DNA of 64,000 nucleotides from Eledone cirrhosa (taxonomy: Eukaryota), in assembly GCA_964016885.1 (NCBI GenBank), contig OZ024741.1, forward strand, positions 248,992,001-249,056,000, written 5' to 3'. Under the pieces are notes generated by a model. It had not been told where the DNA came from and did no database searches. It saw nothing but the letters and a program-made list of their open reading frames with translations. Positions 39,550 through 51,800 of this stretch are shown here, piece by piece (position 1 is the stretch's first letter; each line of letters begins with the position of its first letter). The translations under genes and the position numbers were made by a program.

Positions 39550-42500
39550 AAAAAAAATCAGGGGGAGATAATTTGTAAAAAAAAATCAGGGAGATAATTT
39601 GTAAAAAAAATCAAGGGGAGATAATTTCCAGCCGTCCAAGGGGAGGTAATATCTAGCCATCCAAGGGGAGATAATTTCCAGCCGTCCAAGGGGAGATAAT
39701 TTCCAGCCGTCCAAGGGGAGATAATATCCAGCCGTCCAAGGAGACATATTTTCCAGCCGTCCAAGGAGAGGTAATTTCTAGCCGTCCAAGGGGAGATAAG
39801 TTCCAGCCTCCAAGGGGAGATAATTTCCAGCCAGCCAAGGGGAGATAATTTGTAAAAAAATCAGGGGGAGATAATTTGTAAAAAAAAATCAGGGGGAGAT
39901 AATTTGTAAAAAAAATCAGGGGGAGATAATTTGTAAAAAAAATCAAGGGGAGATAATTTCCAGCCGTCCAAGGGGAGATAATTTTCAGCCGTCCAAGGAG
40001 AGGTAAATTCTAGCCGTCCAAGGAGAGATAATTTCCAGGCGTCCAAGGGGAGATAATTTCCAGCCAGCCAAGGGGAGATAATTTGTAAAAAAATCAGGGG
40101 GAGATAATTTGTAAAAAAAAAATCAGGGGGAGATAATTTGTAAAAAAATCAGGGGGAGATAATTTGTAAAAAAAAATCAGGGGGAGATAATTTGTAAAAA
40201 AAATCAGGGGGAGATAATTTGTAAAAAAAATCAGGGGTAGATAATTTGTAAAAAAAATCAGGGGGAGATAATTTGTAAAAAAATCAGGGGTAGATAATTT
40301 TCAGCCGTCCAAGGGGAGATAATTTCCATCCTTCCAAGGGGAGATAATTTCCAGCCGTCCAAGGGGAGATAATTTCCCGCCAGCCAAGGAGAGATAACAT
40401 TTAAAAAAATCAGGCGGAGATAATTTGTAAAAAAAATCAGGGGGAGATAATTTGTAAAAAAATCAGGGGGAGATAATTTGTAAAAAAAATCAGGGGTAGA
40501 TAATTTCCAGCCGTCCAAGGGGAGATAATTTCTATCCTTCCAAGGGGAGATAATTTCCAGCCGTCCAAGGGGAGATAATTTCCCGCCAGCCAAGGAGAGA
40601 TAATATTTAAAAAAATCAGGCGGAGATAATTTGTAAAAAAAATCAGGGGGAGATAATTTGTAAAAAAATCAGGGGGAGATAATTTGTAAAAAAAAATCAG
40701 GGAGATAATTTGTAAAAAAAATCAAGGGGAGATAATTTCCAGCCGTCCAAGGGGAGGTAATATCTAGCCATCCAAGGGGAGATAATTTCCAGCCGTCCAA
40801 GGGGAGATAATTTCCAGCCGTCCAAGGGGAGATATTATCCAGCCGTCCAAGGAGACATATTTTCCAGCCGTCCAAGGAGAGGTAATTTCTAGCCGTCCAA
40901 GGGGAGATAAGTTCCAGCCTCCAAGGGGAGATAATTTCCAGCCAGCCAAGGGGAGATAATTTGTAAAAAAATCAGGGGGAGATAATTTGTAAAAAAAAAT
41001 CAGGGGGAGATAATTTCCAGCCGTCCAAGGGGAGATAATTTTCAGCCGTCCAAGGAGAGGTAAATTCTAGCCGTCCAAGGAGAGATAATTTCCAGGCGTC
41101 CAAGGGGAGATAATTTCCAGCCAGCCAAGGGGAGATAATTTGTAAAAAAATCAGGGGGAGATAATTTGTAAAAAAAAAATCAGGGGGAGATAATTTGTAA
41201 AAAAATCAGGGGGAGATAATTTGTAAAAAAAAATCAGGGGGAGATAATTTGTAAAAAAAATCAGGGGGAGATAATTTGTAAAAAAAATCAGGGGTAGATA
41301 ATTTGTAAAAAAAATCAGGGGGAGATAATTTGTAAAAAAATCAGGGGTAGATAATTTTCAGCCGTCCAAGGGGAGATAATTTCCATCCTTCCAAGGGGAG
41401 ATAATTTCCAGCCGTCCAAGGGGAGATAATTTCCCGCCAGCCAAGGAGAGATAACATTTAAAAAAATCAGGCGGAGATAATTTGTAAAAAAAATCAGGGG
41501 GAGATAATTTGTAAAAAAATCAGGGGGAGATAATTTGTAAAAAAAATCAGGGGTAGATAATTTCCAGCCGTCCAAGGGGAGATAATTTCTATCCTTCCAA
41601 GGGGAGATAATTTCCAGCCGTCCAAGGGGAGATAATTTCCCGCCAGCCAAGGAGAGATAATATTTAAAAAAATCAGGCGGAGATAATTTGTAAAAAAAAT
41701 CAGGGGGAGATAATTTGTAAAAAAATCAGGGGGAGATAATTTGTAAAAAAAAATCAGGGAGATAATTTGTAAAAAAAATCAAGGGGAGATAATTTCCAGC
41801 CGTCCAAGGGGAGGTAATATCTAGCCATCCAAGGGGAGATAATTTCCAGCCGTCCAAGGGGAGATAATTTCCAGCCGTCCAAGGGGAGATAATATCCAGC
41901 CGTCCAAGGAGACATATTTTCCAGCCGTCCAAGGAGAGGTAATTTCTAGCCGTCCAAGGGGAGATAAGTTCCAGCCTCCAAGGGGAGATAATTTCCAGCC
42001 AGCCAAGGGGAGATAATTTGTAAAAAAATCAGGGGGAGATAATTTGTAAAAAAAAATCAGGGGGAGATAATTTGTAAAAAAAAATCAGGGGGAGATAATT
42101 TGTAAAAAAAATCAAGGGGAGATAATTTCCAGCCGTCCAAGGGGAGATAATTTTCAGCCGTCCAAGGAGAGGTAAATTCTAGCCGTCCAAGGAGAGATAA
42201 TTTCCAGGCGTCCAAGGGGAGATAATTTCCAGCCAGCCAAGGGGAGATAATTTGTAAAAAAATCAGGGGGAGATAATTTGTAAAAAAAAAATCAGGGGGA
42301 GATAATTTGTAAAAAAATCAGGGGGAGATAATTTGTAAAAAAAAATCAGGGGGAGATAATTTGTAAAAAAAATCAGGGGGAGATAATTTGTAAAAAAAAT
42401 CAGGGGTAGATAATTTGTAAAAAAAATCAGGGGGAGATAATTTGTAAAAAAATCAGGGGTAGATAATTTTCAGCCGTCCAAGGGGAGATAATTTCCATCC

Positions 42501-42830
42501 TTCCAAGGGGAGATAATTTCCAGCCGTCCAAGGGGAGATAATTTCCCGCCAGCCAAGGAGAGATAACATTTAAAAAAATCAGGCGGAGATAATTTGTAAA
42601 AAAAATCAGGGGGAGATAATTTGTAAAAAAATCAGGGGGAGATAATTTGTAAAAAAAATCAGGGGTAGATAATTTCCAGCCGTCCAAGGGGAGATAATTT
42701 CTATCCTTCCAAGGGGAGATAATTTCCAGCCGTCCAAGGGGAGATAATTTCCCGCCAGCCAAGGAGAGATAATATTTAAAAAAATCAGGCGGAGATAATT
42801 TGTAAAAAAAATCAGGGGGAGATAATTTGT
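39550..42830 (+). repeat. Three tandem copies of a ~1.1 kb higher-order unit
   Basis: ORF offsets are 1111/1057 (39558, 40669, 41726) and 1057/1112 (40258, 41315, 42427). The private marker TCTATCCTTCC is at 40531, 41588 and 42700. Confidence 0.9.
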
Positions 42831-45800
42831 AAAAAAATCAGGGGGAGATAATTTGTAAAAAAAAATCAGGGGGAGATAATTTGTAAAAAAAATCAGGGGG
42901 AGATAATTTGTAAAAAAAAATCAGGGGTAGATAATTTGTAAAAAAAAATCAGGGGGAGATAATTTATAAAAAAAAATCAGGGGGAGATAATTTGTAAAAA
43001 AATCAAGGGGAGATAATTTCCAGCCGTCCAAGGGGAGATAATTTTCAGCCGTCCAAGGAGAGGTAATTTCTAGCCGTCCAAGGGGAGATAATTTCCAGCC
43101 GTCCAAGGGGAGATAATTTTTTTAAAAAAATCAGGCGGAGATAATTTGTAAACAAAAATCAGGGGGAGATAATTTGTAAAAAAAAATCAGGGGGAGATAA
43201 TTTGTAAAAAAAAATCAGGGGGAGATAATTTGTAAAAAAAATCAAGGGGAGATAATTTGTAAAAAAAAATCAGGGGTAGATAATTTGTAAAAAAAAATCA
43301 GGGAGAGATAATTTGTAAAAAAAAAATCAGGGGGAGATAATTTGTAAAAAAATCAAGGGGAGATAATTTCCAGCCGTCCAAGGGGAGATAATTTTCAGCC
43401 GTCCAAGGAGAGGTAATTTCTAGCCGTCCAAGGGGAGATAATTTCCAGCCAGCCAAGGGGAGATAATTTGTAAAAAAATCAGGGGTAGATAATTTGTAAA
43501 AAAAAATCAGGGGGAGATAATTTGTAAAAAAAAATCAGGGGGAGATAATTTGTAAAAAAAATCAAGGGGAGATAATTTCCAGCCGTCCAAGGGGAGATAA
43601 TTTTCAGCCGTCCAAGGAGAGGTAATTTCTAGCCGTCCAAGGGGAGATAAGTTCCAGCCTCCAAGGGGAGATAATTTCCAGCCAGCCAAGGGGAGATAAT
43701 TTGTAAAAAAATCAGGGGTAGATAATTTGTAAAAAAAAATCAGGGGGAGATAATTTGTAAAAAAAATCAGGGGGAGATAATTTGTAGAAAAAATCAGGGG
43801 TAGATAATTTCCAGCCGTCCAAGGGGAGATAATTTCCATCCTTCCAAGGGGAGATAATTTCCAGCCGTCCAAGGGGAGATAATTTCCCGCAAGCCAAGGA
43901 GAGATAACATTTAAAAAAATCAGGCGGAGATAATTTGTAAAAAAAAATCAGGGGGAGATAATTTGTAAAAAAATCAGGGGGAGATAATTTGTAAAAAAAA
44001 TCAGGGGTAGATAATTTCCAGCCGTCCAAGGGGAGATAATTTCCATCCTTCCAAGGGGAGATAATTTCCAGCCGTCCAAGGGGAGATAATTTCCCGCCAG
44101 CCAAGGAGAGATAATATTTAAAAAAAATCAGGCGGAGATAATTTGTAAAAAAAATCAGGGGGAGATAATTTGTAAAAAAATCAGGGGGAGATAATTTGTA
44201 AAAAAAAATCAGGGGGAGATAATTTGTAAAAAAAATCAGGGGGAGATAATTTGTAAAAAAAAATCAGGGGTAGATAATTTGTAAACAAAAATCAGGGGGA
44301 GATAATTTGTAAAAAAAAATCAGGGGGAGATAATTTGTAAAAAAAATCAGGGGGAGATAATTTGTAAAAAAATCAGGGGGAGATAATTTGTAAAAAAAAT
44401 CAGGGGTAGATAATTTCCAGCCGTCCAAGGGGAGATAATTTCCATCCTTCCAAGGGGAGATAATTTCCAGCCGTCCAAGGGGAGATAATTTCCCGCCAGC
44501 CAAGGAGAGATAATATTTAAAAAAATCAGGCGGAGATAATTTGTAAAAAAAATCAGGGGGAGATAATTTGTAAAAAAATCAGGGGGAGATAATTTGTAAA
44601 AAAAAATCAGGGGGAGATAATTTGTAAAAAAAATCAGGGGGAGATTATTTGTAAAAAAAAATCAGGGGTAGATAATTTGTAAAAAAAAATCAGGGGGAGA
44701 TAATTTGTAAAATAAAATCAGGGGGAGATAATTTGTAAAAAAATCAAGGGGAGATAATTTCCAGCCGTCCAAGGGGAGATAATTTTCAGCCGTCCAAGGA
44801 GAGGTAATTTCTAGCCGTCCAAGGGGAGATAATTTCCAGCCGTCCAAGGGGAGATAATTTTTTTAAAAAAATCAGGCGGAGATAATTTGTAAACAAAAAT
44901 CAGGGGGAGAGAATTTGTAAAAAAAAATCAGGGGGAGATAATTTGTAAAAAAAAATCAGGGGGAGATAATTTGTAAAAAAAATCAAGGGGAGATAATTTC
45001 CAGCCGTCCAAGGGGAGGTAATATCTAGCCATCCAAGGGGAGATAATTTCCAGCCGTCCAAGGGGAGATAATTTCCAGCCGTCCAAGGGGAGATAATATC
45101 CAGCCGTCCAAGGAGACATATTTTCCAGCCGTCCAAGGAGACGTAATTTCTAGCCGTCCAAGGGGAGATAAGTTCCAGCCTCCAAGGGGAGATAATTTCC
45201 AGCCAGCCAAGGGGAGATAATTTGTAAAAAAATTAGGGGGAGATAATTTGTAAAAAAAAATTAGGGGGAGATAATTTGTAAAAAAAAATCAGGGGGAGAT
45301 AATTTGTAAAAAAAAATCAGGGGGAGATAATTTGTAAAAAAAATCAAGGGGAGATAATTTCCAGCCGTCCAAGGGGAGATAATTTTCAGCCGTCCAAGGA
45401 GAGGTAAATTGTAGCCGTCCAAGGAGATATAATTTCCAGCCGTCCAAGGGGAGATAATTTCCAGCCGTCCAAGGGGAGATAATTTTTAAAAAAAAATCAG
45501 GCGGAGATAATTTGTAAACAAAAATCAGGGGGAGATAATTTTAAAAAAAAAATCAGGGGGAGATAATTTGTAAAAAAAAATCAGGGGGAGATAATTTGTA
45601 AAAAAAATCAAGGGGAGATAATTTCCAGCCGTCCAAGGGGAGGTAATATCTAGCCATCCAAGGGGAGATAATTTCCAGCCGTCCAAGGGGAGATAATTTC
45701 CAGCCGTCCAAGGGGAGATAATATCCAGCCGTCCAAGGAGACATATTTTCCAGCCGTTCAAGGAGAGGTAATTTCTAGCCGTCCAAGGGGAGATAAGTTC

Positions 45801-48800
45801 CAGCCTCCAAGGGGAGATAATTTCCAGCCAGCCAAGGGGAGATAATTTGTAAAAAAATCAGGGGGGAGATAATTTGTAAAAAAAATCAGGGGGAGATAAT
45901 TTGAAAAAAAAATCAGGGGGAGATAATTTGTAAAAAATATCAAGGGGAGATAATTTCCAGCCCTCCAAGGGGCTATAATTTCCAGCCGTGCAAGGGGAGA
46001 TAATTTCCAGCCGTCCAAGGGGAGATAATTTCCATCCTTCCAAGGGGAGATAATTTCCAGCCGTCCAAGGGGAGATAATTTCCCGCCAGCCAAGGGAAGA
46101 TTATTTTTTAAAAAATCAGGCGGAGATTGTAAAAAAAATCAGGGGGAGATAATTTGTAAAAAAATCAGGGGGAGATAATTTGTAAAAAAAAAATCAGGGG
46201 GAGATAATTTGTAAAAAAAAATCAGGGGGAGATAATTTGTAAAAAAAATCAGGGGTGATAATTTGTAAAAAAAATCAGGGGTAGATAATTTGTAAAAAAA
46301 ATCAGGGGGAGATAATTTGTAAAAAAAATCAGGGGTAGATAATTTTCAGCCGTCCAAGGGGAGATAATTTCCATCCTTCCAAGGGGAGATAATTTCCAGC
46401 CGTCCAAGGGGAGATAATTTCCCGCCAGCCAAGGAGAGATAACATTTAAAAAAATTAGGCGGAGATAATTTGTAAAAAAATCAGGGGGAGATAATTTGTA
46501 AAAAAAATCAGGGGTAGATAATTTTCAGCCGTCCAAGGGGAGATAATTTCCAAAAAGTTCCAAGGGGAGATAATTTCCAGCCGTCCAAGGGGAGATAATT
46601 TCCCGCCAGCCAAGGAGAGATAACATTTAAAAAAATCAGGGGGAGATAATTTGTAAAAAAAAATCAGGGGGAGATAATTCGTAAAAAAAAATCAGGGGGA
46701 GATAATTTGTAAAAAAAAATCAGGGGTTGATAATTTGTAAAAAAAAATCAGGGGGAGATAATTTGTAAAAAAAAAAATCAGGGGGAGATAATTTGTAAAA
46801 AAATCAAGGGGAGATAATTTCCAGCCGTCCAAGGGGAGATAATTTTCAGCCGTCCAAGGAGAGGTAATTTCTAGCCGTCCAAGGGGAGATAATTTCCAGC
46901 CGTCCAAGGGGAGATAATTTTTTTAAAAAAATCAGGCGGAGATAATTTGTAAACAAAAATCAGGGGGAGATAATTTGTAAAAAAAAATCAGGGGGAGATA
47001 ATTTGTAAAAAAAATCAAGGGGAGATAATTTCCAGCCGTCCAAGGGGAGGTAATATCTAGCCATCCAAGGGGAGATAATTTCCAGCCGTCCAAGGGGAGA
47101 TAATTTCCAGCCGTCCAAGGGGAGATAATATCCAGCCGTCCAAGGAGACATATTTTCCAGCCGTCCAAGGAGAGGTAATTTCTAGCCGTCCAAGGGGAGA
47201 TAAGTTCCAGCCTCCAAGGGGAGATAATTTCCAGCCAGCCAAGGGGAGATAATTTGTAAAAAAATCAGGGGGAGATAATTTGTAAAAAAAAAATCAGGGG
47301 GAGATAATTTGTAAAAAAATCAGGGGGAGATAATTTGTAAAAAAAAAATCAGGGGGAGATAATTTGTAAAAAAAATCAGGGGGAGATAATTTGTAAAAAA
47401 AATCAGGGGTAGATAATTTGTAAAAAAAATCAGGGGGAGATAATTTGTAAAAAAAATCAGGGGGAGATAATTTGTAAAAAAAATCAGGGGTAGATAATTT
47501 TCAGCCGTCCAAGGGGAGATAATTTCCATCCTTCCAAGGGGAGATAATTTCCAGCCGTCCAAGGGGAGATAATTTCCCGCCAGCCAAGGAGAGATAACAT
47601 TTAAAAAAATCAGGCGGAGATAATTTGTAAAAAAAATCAGGGGGAGATAATTTGTAAAAAAATCAGGGGGAGATAATTTGTAAAAAAAATCAGGGGTAGA
47701 TAATTTCCAGCCGTCCAAGGGGAGATAATTTCCATCCTTCCAAGGGGAGATAATTTCCAGCCGTCCAAGGGGAGATAATTTCCCGCCAGCCAAGGAGAGA
47801 TAATATTTAAAAAAATCAGGCGGAGATAATTTGTAAAAAAAATCAGGGGGAGATAATTTGTAAAAAAATCAGGGGGAGATAATTTGTAAAAAAAAAATCA
47901 GGGGGAGATAATTTGTAAAAAAAATCAGGGGGAGATAATTTGTAAAAAAAAATCAGGGGTAGATAATTTGTAAAAAAAAATCAGGGGGAGATAATTTGTA
48001 AAAAAAAATCAGGGGGAGATAATTTGTAAAAAAATCAAGGGGAGATAATTTCCAGCCGTCTAAGGGGAGATAATTTTCAGCCGTCCAAGGAGAGGTAATT
48101 TCTAGCCGTCCAAGGGGAGATAATTTCCAGCCGTCCAAGGGGAGATAATTTTTTTTAAAAAATCAGGCGGAGATAATTTGTAAACAAAAATCAGGGGGAG
48201 AGAATTTGTAAAAAAAAATCAGGGGGAGATAATTTGTAAAAAAAAATCAGGGGGAGATAATTTGTAAAAAAAATCAAGGGGAGATAATTTCCAGCCGTCC
48301 AAGGGGAGGTAATATCTAGCCATCCAAGGGGAGATAATTTCCAGCCGTCCAAGGGGAGATAATATCCAGCCGTCCAAGGAGACATTTTCCAGCCGTCCAA
48401 GGAGACGTAATTTCTAGCCGTCCAAGGGGAGATAAGTTCCAGCCTCCAAGGGGAGATAATTTCCAGCCAGCCAAAGGGAGATAATTTGTAAAAAAATTAG
48501 GGGGAGATAATTTGTAAAAAAAAATTAGAGGAAGATAATTTGTAAAAAAAAATCAGGGGGAGATAATTTGTAAAAAAAAATCAGGGGGAGATAATTTGTA
48601 AAAAAAATCAAGGGGAGATAATTTCCAGCCGTCCAAGGGGAGATAATTTTCAGCCGTCCAAGGAGAGGTAAATTGTAGCCGTCCAAGGAGATATAATTTC
48701 CAGCCGTCCAAGGGGAGATAATTTCCAGCCGTCCAAGGGGAGATAATTTTTAAAAAAAAATCAGGCGGAGATAATTTGTAAACAAAAATCAGGGGTAGAT

Positions 48801-51800
48801 AATTTTTAAAAAAAAATCAGGGGGAGATAATTTGTAAAAAAAAATCAGGGGGAGATAATTTGTAAAAAAAATCAAGGGGAGATAATTTCCAGCCGTCCAA
48901 GGGGAGGTAATATCTAGCCATCCAAGGGGAGATAATTTCCAGCCGTCCAAGGGGAGATAATTTCCAGCCGTCCAAGGGGAGATAATATCCAGCCGTCCAA
49001 GGAGACATATTTTCCAGCCGTCCAAGGAGAGGTAATTTCTAGCCGTCCAAGGGGAGATAAGTTCCAGCCTCCAAGGGGAGATAATTTCCAGCCAGCCAAG
49101 GGGAGATAATTTGTAAAAAAATCAGGGGGGAGATAATTTGTAAAAAAAATCAGGGGGAGATAATTTGAAAAAAAAATCAGGGGGAGATAATTTGTAAAAA
49201 ATATCAAGGGGAGATAATTTCCAGCCCTCCAAGGGGCTATAATTTCCAGCCGTGCAAGGGGAGATAATTTCCAGCCGTCCAAGGGGAGATAATTTCCATC
49301 CTTCCAAGGGGAGATAATTTCCAGCCGTCCAAGGGGAGATAATTTCCCGCCAGCCAAGGGAAGATAATTTTTTAAAAAATCAGGCGGAGATTGTAAAAAA
49401 AATCAGGGGGAGATAATTTCCAGCCGTCCAAGGGGAGGTAATATCTAGCCATCCAAGGGGAGATAATTTCCAGCCGTCCAAGGGGAGATAATTTCCAGCC
49501 GTCCAAGGGGAGATAATATCCAGCCGTCCAAGGAGACATATTTTCCAGCCGTCCAAGGAGAGGTAATTTCTAGCCGTCCAAGGGGAGATAAGTTCCAGCC
49601 TCCAAGGGGAGATAATTTCCAGCCAGCCAAGGGGAGATGATTTGTAAAAAAATCAGGGGGAGATAATTTGTAAAAAAAAAATCAGGGGGAGATAATTTGT
49701 AAAAAAATCAGGGGGAGATAATTTGTAAAAAAAAAATCAGGGGGAGATAATTTGTAAAAAAAATCAGGGGTAGATAATTTGTAAAAAAAATCAGGGGGAG
49801 ATAATTTGTAAAAAAAATCAGGGGGAGATAATTTGTAAAAAAAATCAGGGGTAGATAATTTTCAGCCGTCCAAGGGGAGATAATTTCCATCCTTCCAAGG
49901 GGAGATAATTTCCAGCCGTCCAAGGGGAGATAATTTCCCGCCAGCCAAGTAGAGATAACATTTAAAAAAATCAGGCGGAGATAATTTGTAAAAAAAATCA
50001 GGGGGAGATAATTTGTAAAAAAATCAGGGGGAGATAATTTGTAAAAAAAATCAGGGGTAGATAATTTCCAGCCGTCCAAGGGGAGATAATTTCCATCCTT
50101 CCAAGGGGAGATAATTTCCAGCCGTCCAAGGGGAGATAATTTCCCGCCAGCCAAGGAGAGATAATATTTAAAAAAATCAGGCGGAGATAATTTGTAAAAA
50201 AAATCAGGGGGAGATAATTTGTAAAAAAATCAGGGGGAGATAATTTGTAAAAAAAAATCAGGGGGAGATAATTTGTAAAAAAAATCAGGGGGAGATAATT
50301 TGTAAAAAAAAATCAGGGGTAGATAATTTGTAAAAAAAAATCAGGGGGAGATAATTTGTAAAAAAAAATCAGGGGGAGATAATTTGTAAAAAAATCAAGG
50401 GGAGATAATTTCCAGCCGTCCAAGGGGAGATAATTTTCAGCCGTCCAAGGAGAGGTAATTTCTAGCCGTCCAAGGGGAGATAATTTCCAGCCGTCCAAGG
50501 GGAGATAATTTTTTTAAAAAAATCAGGCGGAGATAATTTGTAAACAAAAATCAGGGGGAGAGAATTTGTAAAAAAAATCAGGGGGAGATAATTTGTAAAA
50601 AAAAATCAGGGGGAGATAATTTGTAAAAAAAATCAAGGGGAGATAATTTCCAGCCGTCCAAGGGGAGGTAATATCTAGCCATCCAAGGGGAGATAATTTC
50701 CAGCCGTCCAAGGGGAGATAATTTCCAGCCGTCCAAGGGGAGATAATATCCAGCCGTCCAAGGAGACATATTTTCCAGCCGTCCAAGGAGACGTAATTTC
50801 TAGCCGTCCAAGGGGAGATAAGTTCCAGCCTCCAAGGGGAGATAATTTCCAGCCAGCCAAAGGGAGATAATTTGTAAAAAAATTAGGGGGAGATAATTTG
50901 TAAAAAAAAATTAGAGGAAGATAATTTGTAAAAAAAAATCAGGGGGAGATAATTTGTAAAAAAAAATCAGGGGGAGATAATTTCCAGCCGTCCAAGGGGA
51001 GATAATTTTCAGCCGTCCAAGGAGAGGTAAATTGTAGCCGTCCAAGGAGATATAATTTCCAGCCGTCCAAGGGGAGATAATTTCAAGCCGTCCAAGGGGA
51101 GATAATTTTTTAAAAAAAATCAGGCGGAGATAATTTGTAAACAAAAATCAGGGGGAGATAATTTTTAAAAAAAAATCAGGGGGAGATAATTTGTAAAAAA
51201 AAATCAGGGGGAGATAATTTGTAAAAAAAATCAAGGGGAGATAATTTCCAGCCGTCCAAGGGGAGGTAATATCTAGCCATCCAAGGGGAGATAATTTCCA
51301 GCCGTCCAAGGGGAGATAATTTCCAGCCGTCCAAGGGGAGATAATATCCAGCCGTCCAAGGAGACATATTTTCCAGCCGTCCAAGGAGAGGTAATTTCTA
51401 GCCGTCCAAGGGGAGATAAGTTCCAGCCTCCAAGGGGAGATAATTTCCAGCCAGCCAAGGGGAGATAATTTGTAAAAAAATCAGGGGGGAGATAATTTGT
51501 AAAAAAAATCAGGGGGAGATAATTTGAAAAAAAAATCAGGGGGAGATAATTTGTAAAAAATATCAAGGGGAGATAATTTCCAGCCCTCCAAGGGGCTATA
51601 ATTTCCAGCCGTGCAAGGGGAGATAATTTCCAGCCGTCCAAGGGGAGATAATTTCCATCCTTCCAAGGGGAGATAATTTCCAGCCGTCCAAGGGGAGATA
51701 ATTTCCCGCCAGCCAAGGGAAGATAATTTTTTAAAAAATCAGGCGGAGATAATTTGTAAAAAAATCAGGGGGAGATAATTTGTAAAAAAAAAATCAGGGG

